Positions 27,686 to 37,016 of a stretch of DNA of 64,000 nucleotides are shown in pieces. The position numbers were made by a program, and so were the translations under genes. The notes below the pieces were generated by a model that was given only the letters and a program-made list of their open reading frames with translations, did no database searches and had not been told where the DNA came from. Each line of letters starts with the position of its first letter. The stretch's first letter is position 1. The DNA is from an uncultured Clostridia bacterium (GTDB taxonomy: Bacteria > Bacillota > Clostridia > Lachnospirales > CAMZNU01). The stretch is taken from assembly GCA_947313885.1 (NCBI GenBank), contig CAMZNU010000009.1, forward strand, positions 396 to 64,395, read 5' to 3'.

Positions 27686-29842
27686 ATGAATAATACGGAA
27701 CAGAAAAAAATGAACTTAAAAGAAATATTAGAAATGTACAGTGGAATAATTATTCCAGATATTCAAAGAGATTATGTTATGGGGTCAGGTGGCAAGAAAC
27801 TTAAAAGTCTTTTAGATGCAATTAAAGAAAGTGAAAAAGAAAATAAAAAAGAAAATAAAAATTTTAACTTTAGTTGTATAATTGGTCATAGAGATGAAGA
27901 AAATAAATTTCATATTTATGATGGACAACAACGTCTAGCAACGCTAATTGCTCTGTGTTCATATGGAAATAATGATGAAGAGATAAAAAAGCTGTTGAAT
28001 AAATTTTCTTTTACTAAAAGAGAGAAAGCTAATGAAATGTTAGAAGACACGTCAAAAATTAACGAAGAAGAGATAGTAGATTTTTCTACATATTCATTAA
28101 ATGAGTTAATAAAAAATAAGGAGGAAATATCAGTAGAGTATATTTTAAATAACATATACTTTACTATAATTACAATTGATAAAATAAGTGATGCAGAGCA
28201 ATTTTTTCTAGATATAAATGATGGTTTAGATCTTAAATCACATGAAATGTATAAGGCAGAACTTTATAATCACATAAAAAAATTCGAAGGTTTTAAAGAA
28301 TTTGCTTTAAAGATGGAAAATGAGTGGCTTGAAATTTTCCGTAAACATAATAAAGCCAACGAACCAGAAAAGAGCTTAGTATACTTTTTACAATATTGCT
28401 TTAGAATGATGTGGATAGAAGATAAAGGATGCGATGATGAATTTAAACCATCAGATATAAAATTTATACAATATAGTCATATAGAACGTATAGAAAAAAT
28501 AATAGATGGGATAAAAGCTGTTATTGAAAATTCAGGGGAGTTTAGTTATAAAGAAAAAGGATTAATTTTTAACCCTAGGAGTTACAGATATAAAGGAACA
28601 CATTGGGACTTAACTCATAATAATTATGCTAATATGTTGAAAATATTTTTAGAAAATATAGAAAATATAGAAGAAATAAATAAAGATGTTGTAATGTGGT
28701 GTTACATATCAGCATCACCCGATAGTAGTGTTGACATATTAAATAAACATCTTAGGTTTATAAAAAAACTGTTAAATAATAATAGAGTTAAAAATAGTAA
28801 AGGCATTTTAGCCTATAACTTTGAGATACCAATATACTCAAGGTACTATGTAGATACTATACCAAAATATTATATTCTAAATTATAGTAGCGAAGAGATA
28901 GAAAATTACGATAAAAAGGAAGCAGATAATAAATCATTATTATTTTGTAATGACGTTATAAAGATTAATAAAGAGTTTATAAAAAATAATAATATAAATA
29001 TAGATCTTATAGATAAATATATATTACAAGTAGAAGAAGGAAGTGAAATAAAAGTAATATTAGAAAAAGAAAAAAATAAATTAAAGTCATCTAAAATAAA
29101 AGAGATAGAAGAATATGAAGACTTACCATTTATTAATGGATTAATAGACAATTTATATACCGATGATAAATATGAGGAAATAAAGGAAGATAGCATATAT
29201 AAAAAAATATTAGATAAAAGTAAAGAACTAGATCTAGATTTAGAAGGGGCAGAAGTTTTTAAACTTTTAATTAGAGAAAATATAGATGTAGAAAAAGTAA
29301 GTTTTAAAGGAGTTACGTTGAAATCTAAAAATTGTAACGGAACTGGACAAAACTTATGTGGCAAAGTTATACCAACTAATTGGTGCGATCTATTTACTAT
29401 GGATAAAGATGATAGAGCAAATATGTACGAAAGAGAAAAAGGGGAAGAATATTGGATTGCGAAGATTACAGAAAATGAATTAGATAATTTAGTTAAAGAA
29501 CTTAAATTAGGATGGATAGTAGATGGTGAAATTATTAGGTACACAGAAACGGACCCAAATAATGATAAGGTCCGTAATTCGGGTTTTTCTCCATATAAGC
29601 AAAAATATGTTGTTGTAGATATAATTAATTTTCATGAGAATTATAAAATGGTAACAAAGCACCCAAGCGCGGAGAATAGTCCTTGGCAAGATACTGAATA
29701 TGGATATAATAATAAAGTAAAAAGATTTGCCTCAATATATAAGAAATATGTTAATGAACAAGACAATAATGAACAATATAAGGAAGAAATTGAAAAGGCT
29801 AACGAGTACATAGAAGAAGCGAGAAAACATTATAATCAATAA
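27686..29842 (+). CDS. DUF262 domain protein with ~480-aa uncharacterised C-terminal region, island gene 3; no DUF1524/HNH detected
   Basis: Motifs IPDIQRDYVMG, YDGQQRLATLIAL, FFLDINDGLDLKSHEMYKAEL. SD AGGAGG. Starts 8 nt after the gene 2 stop. Confidence 0.8.
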   Translation: MNNTEQKKMNLKEILEMYSGIIIPDIQRDYVMGSGGKKLKSLLDAIKESEKENKKENKNFNFSCIIGHRDEENKFHIYDGQQRLATLIALCSYGNNDEEIKKLLNKFSFTKREKANEMLEDTSKINEEEIVDFSTYSLNELIKNKEEISVEYILNNIYFTIITIDKISDAEQFFLDINDGLDLKSHEMYKAELYNHIKKFEGFKEFALKMENEWLEIFRKHNKANEPEKSLVYFLQYCFRMMWIEDKGCDDEFKPSDIKFIQYSHIERIEKIIDGIKAVIENSGEFSYKEKGLIFNPRSYRYKGTHWDLTHNNYANMLKIFLENIENIEEINKDVVMWCYISASPDSSVDILNKHLRFIKKLLNNNRVKNSKGILAYNFEIPIYSRYYVDTIPKYYILNYSSEEIENYDKKEADNKSLLFCNDVIKINKEFIKNNNINIDLIDKYILQVEEGSEIKVILEKEKNKLKSSKIKEIEEYEDLPFINGLIDNLYTDDKYEEIKEDSIYKKILDKSKELDLDLEGAEVFKLLIRENIDVEKVSFKGVTLKSKNCNGTGQNLCGKVIPTNWCDLFTMDKDDRANMYEREKGEEYWIAKITENELDNLVKELKLGWIVDGEIIRYTETDPNNDKVRNSGFSPYKQKYVVVDIINFHENYKMVTKHPSAENSPWQDTEYGYNNKVKRFASIYKKYVNEQDNNEQYKEEIEKANEYIEEARKHYNQ

Positions 29843-29862
29843 ATTAAAATAAAATAAAAACC

Positions 29863-29905
29863 CCTTCAAGTGAAACTTAATTGTTTCCACTTGAAGGATT
29901 TTTTT
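29863..29905 (+). terminator. rho-independent terminator of the island operon
   Basis: CCTTCAAGTGAAAC-ttaatt-GTTTCCACTTGAAGG (one bulge) followed by ATTTTTTTATTTT. Confidence 0.8.
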
Positions 29906-30067
29906 ATTTTAAAATAGTTTTATTTCACCTAGATAAAATAAAACTATTAAATAATCTATAACAATTAAAAATGTAAAAATAAATATAGTTGACAAACTCC
30001 TATTATCTTGTACCTAAGAAATTAATGTGTTATAATTTTGTATTAATAGAGTACATTGGAGGTAACT

Positions 30068-31876
30068 ATGCTTAATGATAAACAAAAAAATATAAGAAAC
30101 TTTTGTATAATAGCACATATTGATCACGGTAAGTCAACGTTAGCAGATAGATTAATTCAAAAATCAGGATTATTAACAGAACGTGAGATGCAATCACAAG
30201 TGTTAGATAATATGGATTTAGAGCGTGAAAGAGGGATAACGATAAAAGCACAGGCTGTGCGACTTGTATATAACAGAGACGGCGAAGAATATATATTAAA
30301 TTTAATAGATACACCAGGACATGTAGATTTCACTTATGAAGTATCAAGAAGTTTAGCAGGGTGTGACGGTGCAATATTAGTAGTAGATGCAGCGCAAGGG
30401 GTAGAAGCACAAACATTAGCTAATGTATATTTAGCATTAGAAAATGATTTAGAAATAATACCAGTAATAAATAAAATAGATTTACCAAGTGCAGACGTAG
30501 AAAACGTAAAAAATCAAATAGAGGAAATAATAGGATTAGATACAGAGGGAATACCGCTTATTTCAGCTAAAAATGATTTGAATATTGATGATGTGTTTAC
30601 AGCGATAATAAAAGATATACCAGCACCAGTTGGAGAAATTGATAAACCATTAAAAGCGTTAATCTTCGATTGTTTTTTTGATGCATATAAAGGTGTAATA
30701 GTATTTATGCGTATTTTTGATGGGGAATTAAAAAAAGGCGACGTTGTAAAATTAATAGCTACGAATAAAGAATTTGAAGTAGTTGAAGTAGGATTTTTTG
30801 GTCCAGGAAAATTTATGCCAACAGATAAATTAGTTGCAGGAAACGTTGGATATTTTACAGCGAGTATAAAAAATGTAAAAGATACACAAATAGGAGATAC
30901 GGTTACATTAGTAAGTAACCCGACGACAGAACCGTTAGAAGGATATAAAACAGTAAACCCTATGGTATATTGTGGACTGTTCCCTGTAGATGGTGCTAAG
31001 TATCAAGATTTAAGAGATGCGTTAGAAAAATTACAATTAAATGATGCGGCGTTATCTTTTGAGGCAGAGGCATCAGCGGCGTTAGGATTTGGGTTTAGAT
31101 GTGGATTTTTAGGATTATTACATCTTGAAATAATACAAGAAAGATTAGAAAGAGAATTCAATTTAGATTTAGTAACTACAGCGCCATCAGTTATATATAA
31201 AATATATATGTCAGATGGTACAAAAATGGATTTATCAAATCCTAGTGATTTACCAGATGTAACGACTATAAGCTATATGGAAGAGCCGATGGTAAAAGCA
31301 GAAATATTATTACCAAGTGATTATATAGGAACGATAATGGATTTATGCCAGACGAGACGAGGGGAATATATTTCAATGGAGTACGTAGAGGAGACGAGAG
31401 CGAAACTTACGTATATATTGCCATTGAACGAAATTATTTATGATTTTTTTGATGTATTAAAATCAAGAAGTAAAGGATATGCATCATTTGATTATGAATT
31501 AACAGGATATACAGAATCAGATTTAGTTAAATTAGATATGCAAGTAAATAAAGAAGTTGTAGATGCGTTATCGTTTATAGTGCATAAATCAACGGCGTAT
31601 AACCGTGGTAAAAGAATGACAGAAAAATTAAAAGAAGAAATACCAAGACATATGTTTGAAATACCGATACAAGCTAGTATAGGAAATAAAATAGTAGCTA
31701 GAGAAACGGTAAGAGCTATGAGAAAAGATGTATTAGCAAAATGTTACGGTGGAGATATTTCGCGTAAGAAGAAACTTTTAGAAAAGCAGAAAAAAGGTAA
31801 AAAACGTATGCGTCAAATCGGAAATGTAGAAGTGCCACAAGAGGCATTTATGAGTGTACTAAAATTAGAAGATTAG
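30068..31876 (+). CDS. lepA: translation elongation factor 4 (LepA)
   Basis: [21 protein letters not shown]1 motif, [13 protein letters not shown] and LepA-specific C-terminal domain. The ORF-track start at 30056 is a TTG inside the SD GGAGG. ATG at 30068 chosen. Confidence 0.95.
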   Translation: MLNDKQKNIRNFCIIAHIDHGKSTLADRLIQKSGLLTEREMQSQVLDNMDLERERGITIKAQAVRLVYNRDGEEYILNLIDTPGHVDFTYEVSRSLAGCDGAILVVDAAQGVEAQTLANVYLALENDLEIIPVINKIDLPSADVENVKNQIEEIIGLDTEGIPLISAKNDLNIDDVFTAIIKDIPAPVGEIDKPLKALIFDCFFDAYKGVIVFMRIFDGELKKGDVVKLIATNKEFEVVEVGFFGPGKFMPTDKLVAGNVGYFTASIKNVKDTQIGDTVTLVSNPTTEPLEGYKTVNPMVYCGLFPVDGAKYQDLRDALEKLQLNDAALSFEAEASAALGFGFRCGFLGLLHLEIIQERLEREFNLDLVTTAPSVIYKIYMSDGTKMDLSNPSDLPDVTTISYMEEPMVKAEILLPSDYIGTIMDLCQTRRGEYISMEYVEETRAKLTYILPLNEIIYDFFDVLKSRSKGYASFDYELTGYTESDLVKLDMQVNKEVVDALSFIVHKSTAYNRGKRMTEKLKEEIPRHMFEIPIQASIGNKIVARETVRAMRKDVLAKCYGGDISRKKKLLEKQKKGKKRMRQIGNVEVPQEAFMSVLKLED

Positions 31877-31884
31877 GAATAAAT

Positions 31885-33003
31885 ATGATAAGAGATATAA
31901 GTGTGTACGTGCATATCCCCTTTTGTGTAAAAAAATGTTATTACTGTGATTTTGTATCATATGTAGGGGAAGAAAATAAATATGACGAATATATTAATCA
32001 ATTAAAAAAAGAAATCGATGAATTTGATTTTAGTGATTATAAAATAGTAAGTGTATTTGTAGGTGGTGGAACGCCGACGGTATTAAAAGCGGAGCAAATA
32101 AACAATATAATAGAAGAAATAATAAAAAATAGATGTGATGACCGTGTAGAAATAACGGTAGAATGCAACCCAAACACATTAAATGAAAAATATTTAAAGG
32201 GATTAAAAAAAGGGAAAATAAATAGACTAAGCATAGGACTACAAAGTACAAACAATAAAGTGTTAAAAAGTATAGGAAGAGTGCACACATATGAAGAGTT
32301 TTTAAAAAACTATAAGTTAGCAAGGGTAGTAGGATTTAAAAATATAAATATAGATTTAATGTTTAGTGTGCCAGACCAAAGTGTGGAAACATTAGAAAAA
32401 ACATTAGATGAAATAATTAAATTAGATCCAGAACATATATCTTTATATAGCTTAATAATAGAAGAAGGAACAAAATTTCAAAGTATGTATGATAAAGGTG
32501 AATTAAAAATACCAACAGAAGATGTAGATAGAGAGATGTATGAGAAATCTAACATTAAGTTAGAAAATAGTAGCTATATTAAATATGAAATTTCGAATTA
32601 TAGTAAAAAAGGTTATGAATGTAATCATAATATAGGTTATTGGAAATTACGAGACTATATAGGATTTGGAGTATCGTCACATTCCTTTGTAGGAAATGAG
32701 CGTTTTAGTAATAGTAAAAATTTAGAGGATTATAAGTTACCTAATAAAGTAGTTGAAAAAATATGTGTTACGGAAAAAGATTTAATAGAGGAATTTATGT
32801 TTTTAGGTTTAAGACTAACAAAAGGGATAGAAATAAAAGAGTTTGAAAATAAATTTAAAACAGGGATAGAAGTAATATATGGGGATGTATTAACAAAATT
32901 AAAAAAAGATAAATTAATAGAAGAAGAAAATGGATATATAAGACTAACAAAGTTAGGTGTAGATTTATCAAATGTAGCATTAGCAGACTTCTTAATAGAT
33001 TAG
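31885..33003 (+). CDS. hemW: radical SAM heme chaperone HemW (HemN-like, oxygen-independent coproporphyrinogen oxidase family)
   Basis: Radical-SAM motif CVKKCYYCDF, GGGTP. Conserved lepA-hemN/hemW synteny. Confidence 0.9.
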   Translation: MIRDISVYVHIPFCVKKCYYCDFVSYVGEENKYDEYINQLKKEIDEFDFSDYKIVSVFVGGGTPTVLKAEQINNIIEEIIKNRCDDRVEITVECNPNTLNEKYLKGLKKGKINRLSIGLQSTNNKVLKSIGRVHTYEEFLKNYKLARVVGFKNINIDLMFSVPDQSVETLEKTLDEIIKLDPEHISLYSLIIEEGTKFQSMYDKGELKIPTEDVDREMYEKSNIKLENSSYIKYEISNYSKKGYECNHNIGYWKLRDYIGFGVSSHSFVGNERFSNSKNLEDYKLPNKVVEKICVTEKDLIEEFMFLGLRLTKGIEIKEFENKFKTGIEVIYGDVLTKLKKDKLIEEENGYIRLTKLGVDLSNVALADFLID

Positions 33004-33012
33004 GTGAAAAAT

Positions 33013-33669
33013 ATGGAAATAGTATATGAAAATAAAGATGTAATAGTAGTAAATAAAAAATCTGGTATTGCTACCCAAAGTGAAAAAAGTGGTGAAAAAT
33101 GTTTGCTAGACGAAGTACGTGAATATGCACCTGACGAAGAAATAGGATTAGTGCATAGGCTAGATAAACCAGTAGGTGGATTAGTAATATTTACGAAAAA
33201 TAAAAATGCATTAAAAAATTTAAATGAGCAAGTGCAAAAAAGAAAAATTAAAAAAGAGTATGTAGCAGTAGTAAATGGTGAAGATGAAAACAAAGTGTTA
33301 ACAGATTATTTATTTAAAAACCAAAGATTGAACGTATCTAAAGTAGTACATAAAAATTCAATGAGTGCAAAAGAAGCTATTTTAGAATATGAGAACGTTG
33401 ATAAAGTGGAAGTAGACGGCAAAATTTTAAGTAAAATAAAAATAAAGTTGCATACGGGAAGACATCACCAAATAAGAGTACAGTTATCAAATAATGAAAC
33501 GGCTATATATGGGGATAGAAAATATAACAAGCAGTTCATAAGAAAAAGAGGGGATTATAAATTAGGATTATTTGCCTATAAATTAGAGTTTAAACATCCT
33601 AGTAAAAAAACGATAATATCATTAGAAATAGACTTACCAGATGAAGAACCATTTAATTTTTTTAAATAG
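33013..33669 (+). CDS. RluA family pseudouridine synthase
   Basis: Catalytic motif HRLDKPVGGL and TGRHHQIRVQL. Start at the ATG behind AGGTGA (track starts at GTG 33004). Confidence 0.85.
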   Translation: MEIVYENKDVIVVNKKSGIATQSEKSGEKCLLDEVREYAPDEEIGLVHRLDKPVGGLVIFTKNKNALKNLNEQVQKRKIKKEYVAVVNGEDENKVLTDYLFKNQRLNVSKVVHKNSMSAKEAILEYENVDKVEVDGKILSKIKIKLHTGRHHQIRVQLSNNETAIYGDRKYNKQFIRKRGDYKLGLFAYKLEFKHPSKKTIISLEIDLPDEEPFNFFK

Positions 33670-33679
33670 AGGTGATGAA

Positions 33680-34441
33680 ATGACTTTTAAGGAAATAAAT
33701 GAACAATTTAAAAAATGCCCTAAAAAAGAAATTACAAAGCTTATGGAAAGCTATAAAGATGATAGTAGAAAAAACGTACAAAATTTAATAAAAACCTATG
33801 AAAATAAATTAAAAAAATATAATGAAGAGTTAATAAGAATTCATAATATGATGAGCTTTGAAAGAGAGTTGTATGAAAAAGGGATAGAATTTATAGGCGG
33901 TATAGATGAAGTAGGAAGAGGACCGCTAGCAGGACCTGTAGTATCGGCAGTAGTAGTAATGCCAAAAAACGTAAAAATTTTATACGTTAATGATTCAAAA
34001 AAATTAAGTATAAGTAAAAGAAATGAGCTATATGAGGAAATAAAAGAAAAAGCATTGTGCATAAGTGTAGGAATAGTAGACTCTAAAAAAATAGATGAGA
34101 TAAATATTTTAAATGCGACGAAGAAGTCGATGGAGGAAGCTGTAAGAAATGCGGATATAAAAATAGAATATTTATTAATAGATGCTTTAAAACTAGAAAA
34201 CATTAATATAAAGCAGATGGCAATAATAAAAGGCGATGAAAGAAGTCATAGTATAGCATGTGCTAGTATAATAGCAAAAGTAACGAGAGATAAAATGATG
34301 GTAGACTATGATAAACAATATGAAGGATATAAATTTGCATCAAATAAAGGTTATGGAACACAAGAACATTTAGATGGAATAAAAGAAAAAGGAATGTGTG
34401 AAATTCATAGAAGAAGTTTTTTAAAAAACTTTAGAGGTTAA
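33680..34441 (+). CDS. rnhB: ribonuclease HII
   Basis: GIDEVGRGPLAGPVV catalytic block, DSKKLS, KGYGT..H. Start at the ATG behind GAGGTG (track 33641 overlaps rluA). Confidence 0.9.
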   Translation: MTFKEINEQFKKCPKKEITKLMESYKDDSRKNVQNLIKTYENKLKKYNEELIRIHNMMSFERELYEKGIEFIGGIDEVGRGPLAGPVVSAVVVMPKNVKILYVNDSKKLSISKRNELYEEIKEKALCISVGIVDSKKIDEINILNATKKSMEEAVRNADIKIEYLLIDALKLENINIKQMAIIKGDERSHSIACASIIAKVTRDKMMVDYDKQYEGYKFASNKGYGTQEHLDGIKEKGMCEIHRRSFLKNFRG

Positions 34442-34442
34442 T

Positions 34443-34712
34443 ATGAAAAGAGATAAAAAAGCAGTAGTAGTAAAATATGACTCATCCAAAAGAGCACCAG
34501 AAGTAATAGGAAAAGGTGTAGGGCATGTAGGATATAAGTTAATAGAAAAAGGAAATGATAATAACATACCGATATATAAAGATGAAAAATTAGTAGAAGA
34601 GTTATTAAAAGTAGATGTAGGGGATAACATTCCAGAAGAATTATATGAAATAGTAGCACAAGTGTTAGTGTTTATAAATGATTTAGATGAGGGATATAAA
34701 AGTGAACAATAG
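34443..34712 (+). CDS. FlhB C-terminal-like (EscU/YscU family) small protein, YlqH-type
   Basis: AVVVKYDSSKRAPEVIGKG...IPIYKDEKLVEELL resembles the FlhB C-domain homologue found next to rnhB in Bacilli. Confidence 0.7.
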   Translation: MKRDKKAVVVKYDSSKRAPEVIGKGVGHVGYKLIEKGNDNNIPIYKDEKLVEELLKVDVGDNIPEELYEIVAQVLVFINDLDEGYKSEQ

Positions 34713-35052
34713 GAAAAAAGGGTATGACTATGAATTAAAAGCTATAGACTATTTAAAAAATAGAGGATATAAAATATTAGAACATCAATATAGAAATGGA
34801 ATAGGGGAAATAGATGTAATAATAGAAAAAGATGAAAAAATTACATTTGTAGAAGTTAAATATAGAGCAAATATATCAAATGGTTTACCGCGGGAAAGTG
34901 TAACATTAAAAAAACAAAATAATATAAAAAAAGTAGCTCAAAGTTATATTATGTCAGAGGAAGTTAAAAATAAAGATTTTACATTTGACGTAATAGAAAT
35001 TATAGGAGTGAATGAAATTACGATAGAGCATATAAAAGATGCTTTCATGTAA
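34702..35052 (+). CDS. YraN family (UPF0102) endonuclease-like protein
   Basis: KGYDYELKAIDYLKNRGYKILEHQYRNGIGEIDVI...FVEVKYR is the family core. GTG start 8 nt after GAGGGA (track 34687). Confidence 0.8.
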   Translation: MNNRKKGYDYELKAIDYLKNRGYKILEHQYRNGIGEIDVIIEKDEKITFVEVKYRANISNGLPRESVTLKKQNNIKKVAQSYIMSEEVKNKDFTFDVIEIIGVNEITIEHIKDAFM

Positions 35053-35066
35053 GAGGAGGAAATAAA

Positions 35067-36389
35067 ATGTCAAAACCAATAGTAGCGATAGTAGGACGAC
35101 CGAATGTAGGAAAGTCATCATTATTTAATAAAATAGTAGGTGAAAAAATATCAATAGTAGATGACATGCCAGGGGTAACAAGAGATAGAATATATGGAGA
35201 TGCAGATTGGTTGGGACGAAATTTCACGTTAATAGACACAGGTGGATTAGAGCCAAATACAGAAGATTTAATAATGAAAAAAATGTTTAACCAAGCGGAA
35301 ATAGCTATAGATATAGCAGATGTGATAATGTTTGTAGTAGATGGTATAACAGGATTTTTAGATGCGGATATGCAAGTTGCCAATTTACTTAGAAAGCACC
35401 AAAAAGAAGTAGTGTTAGTAGTAAACAAAATAGATAACATGCGCTCAGAAAACTTAGATATTTATGAATTTTATTCATTAGGATTAGGAGATCCTATAGC
35501 AATATCGGCAGGTCAAGGATTAGGACTAGGGGATATGTTAGATGTGGTGATTGAAAAAATGCCATTAGATAATACAGAGCCAGAAGATGAGGATATAATA
35601 AAAGTAGCTGTAGTTGGAAAACCAAACGCAGGTAAATCATCATTAATAAATAAAATATTAGGTGAAGAAAGATTAATAGTAAGTGAAATAGCAGGAACGA
35701 CAAGAGATGCAATAGATACATACTTTGAAAAAGACGGCAAAAAATATATGTTAATAGATACGGCGGGGTTACGTAAGAAAAATAAAATAAAAGAGAACAT
35801 AGAGAAATATAGTATAGTAAGGGCGATATCGGCAGTGGAAAAAGCAGATGTTGTAATTTTGTTAATAGATGCAAAAGAAGGTATATCGGACCAAGATACA
35901 AAAATAGCGGGAATAGCCCATGATAGAGGAAAAGCGGCAATTATAGCAGTTAACAAATGGGATTTAATTGAGAAAAATGATAAAACGATGCGAGAGTTTA
36001 CGGAGAAAGTAGAGACAGAACTTGCATATATGCCATATGCACCGAAGTTATTTATATCGGCGCTTACAGGACAAAGAGTAAGTAGATTATTTGAATTAAT
36101 TGATGGTGTAAATGAGAATGCGACATTAAGAATTAGCACAGGGTTGTTAAATGATGTGTTAATAGAAGCTATGACAATGAACCAACCACCGTCGGATAAA
36201 GGTAAGTTATTAAGAATTTACTATATAACACAAGTATCAGTTAAACCACCAACGTTTATACTGTTTGTAAATGATACGAAGTTGTTACATTTTTCGTATA
36301 GAAGATATATAGAAAATCAATTAAGACTAGCATTTGGATTTAAAGGAACGCCAATACACTTTATAGCAAGAAATAAAAACGAGGGTTAA
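35067..36389 (+). CDS. der: ribosome biogenesis GTPase Der (EngA), tandem GTPase domains
   Basis: Two G1 motifs (GRPNVGKSS, GKPNAGKSS), DTGG/DTAG, NKID/NKWD and a KH-like C-terminus. Confidence 0.95.
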   Translation: MSKPIVAIVGRPNVGKSSLFNKIVGEKISIVDDMPGVTRDRIYGDADWLGRNFTLIDTGGLEPNTEDLIMKKMFNQAEIAIDIADVIMFVVDGITGFLDADMQVANLLRKHQKEVVLVVNKIDNMRSENLDIYEFYSLGLGDPIAISAGQGLGLGDMLDVVIEKMPLDNTEPEDEDIIKVAVVGKPNAGKSSLINKILGEERLIVSEIAGTTRDAIDTYFEKDGKKYMLIDTAGLRKKNKIKENIEKYSIVRAISAVEKADVVILLIDAKEGISDQDTKIAGIAHDRGKAAIIAVNKWDLIEKNDKTMREFTEKVETELAYMPYAPKLFISALTGQRVSRLFELIDGVNENATLRISTGLLNDVLIEAMTMNQPPSDKGKLLRIYYITQVSVKPPTFILFVNDTKLLHFSYRRYIENQLRLAFGFKGTPIHFIARNKNEG

Positions 36390-36392
36390 ATA

Positions 36393-37016
36393 ATGGAGAA
36401 AATATATTTAGTTTTATTTGGATATTTAATAGGTTGTGCGCAAGTGCCGTACTTAGTAAGTAAGTATATATATAAAGTAGATTTAAGAAAAGAGGGAAGT
36501 GGGAATTTAGGTTCAACGAATGTTTTAAGAACGTTAGGAAAAAAAGTAGGGATTACAGTTTTGATATTGGATATACTAAAAGTAATAATTGCATGTTATA
36601 TAGCAACAAAAATATTTACAGGATTAGAAGATGTTAAAAGTGTCGCGGTATATACAGGATTAGGTGCAATAATAGGACATGATTTTCCATTTTATTTAAA
36701 ATTTAAAGGTGGAAAAGGTGCGGCAAGTACGTTAGGAATGGTCATATATATTAATTGGATAGTTGGTATATCTGTATTTATTTTAGGGTTAATAATTACA
36801 AAAATAAAAGGATATGTATCGGTAGCATCAATGGTATCCCTAACGTTATCAACAGTAATATTTTATTTACTGGGATATAGCGGAGAAGTGGTAATAGTAA
36901 GTTTTATATTGTCAATGCTTACGGTAATACAACATAAAGAAAATATAAAAAGACTTATAAAGGGTACGGAAAGTAAATTAGGAAAAAAAAAGGGTGAAAA
37001 ATGTCAAAAAAAATAG
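36393..37016 (+). CDS. plsY: glycerol-3-phosphate acyltransferase PlsY
   Basis: GSGNLGSTNVLRTLG and GGKGAAS motifs in a small polytopic membrane protein. Confidence 0.9.
   Translation: MEKIYLVLFGYLIGCAQVPYLVSKYIYKVDLRKEGSGNLGSTNVLRTLGKKVGITVLILDILKVIIACYIATKIFTGLEDVKSVAVYTGLGAIIGHDFPFYLKFKGGKGAASTLGMVIYINWIVGISVFILGLIITKIKGYVSVASMVSLTLSTVIFYLLGYSGEVVIVSFILSMLTVIQHKENIKRLIKGTESKLGKKKGEKCQKK

Noticed and set aside
28906-29544. 212-aa minus-strand ORF inside island gene 3, considered as a possible antisense toxin or immunity gene
   Set aside because: Its S/L/I/F-rich low-complexity translation is exactly what the reverse frame of a K/E/N-rich gene gives. It has no SD or promoter. I keep it only as something RNA-seq could revisit.
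13080-34712. Three genes with 'flagellar' family names (YvyF-like 13080-13310, FliB-like 19426-20607, FlhB-C-like 34443-34712) as a hint of a flagellar locus
   Set aside because: They are scattered and each sits in a non-flagellar conserved context (for example ylqH next to rnhB, as in Bacilli). No flagellar structural genes are present in the window.
35045-36139. 131-, 148- and 208-aa minus-strand ORFs opposite der
   Set aside because: der is unambiguous, with tandem GTPase motifs. The antisense translations are repetitive L/S/I/F-rich strings.
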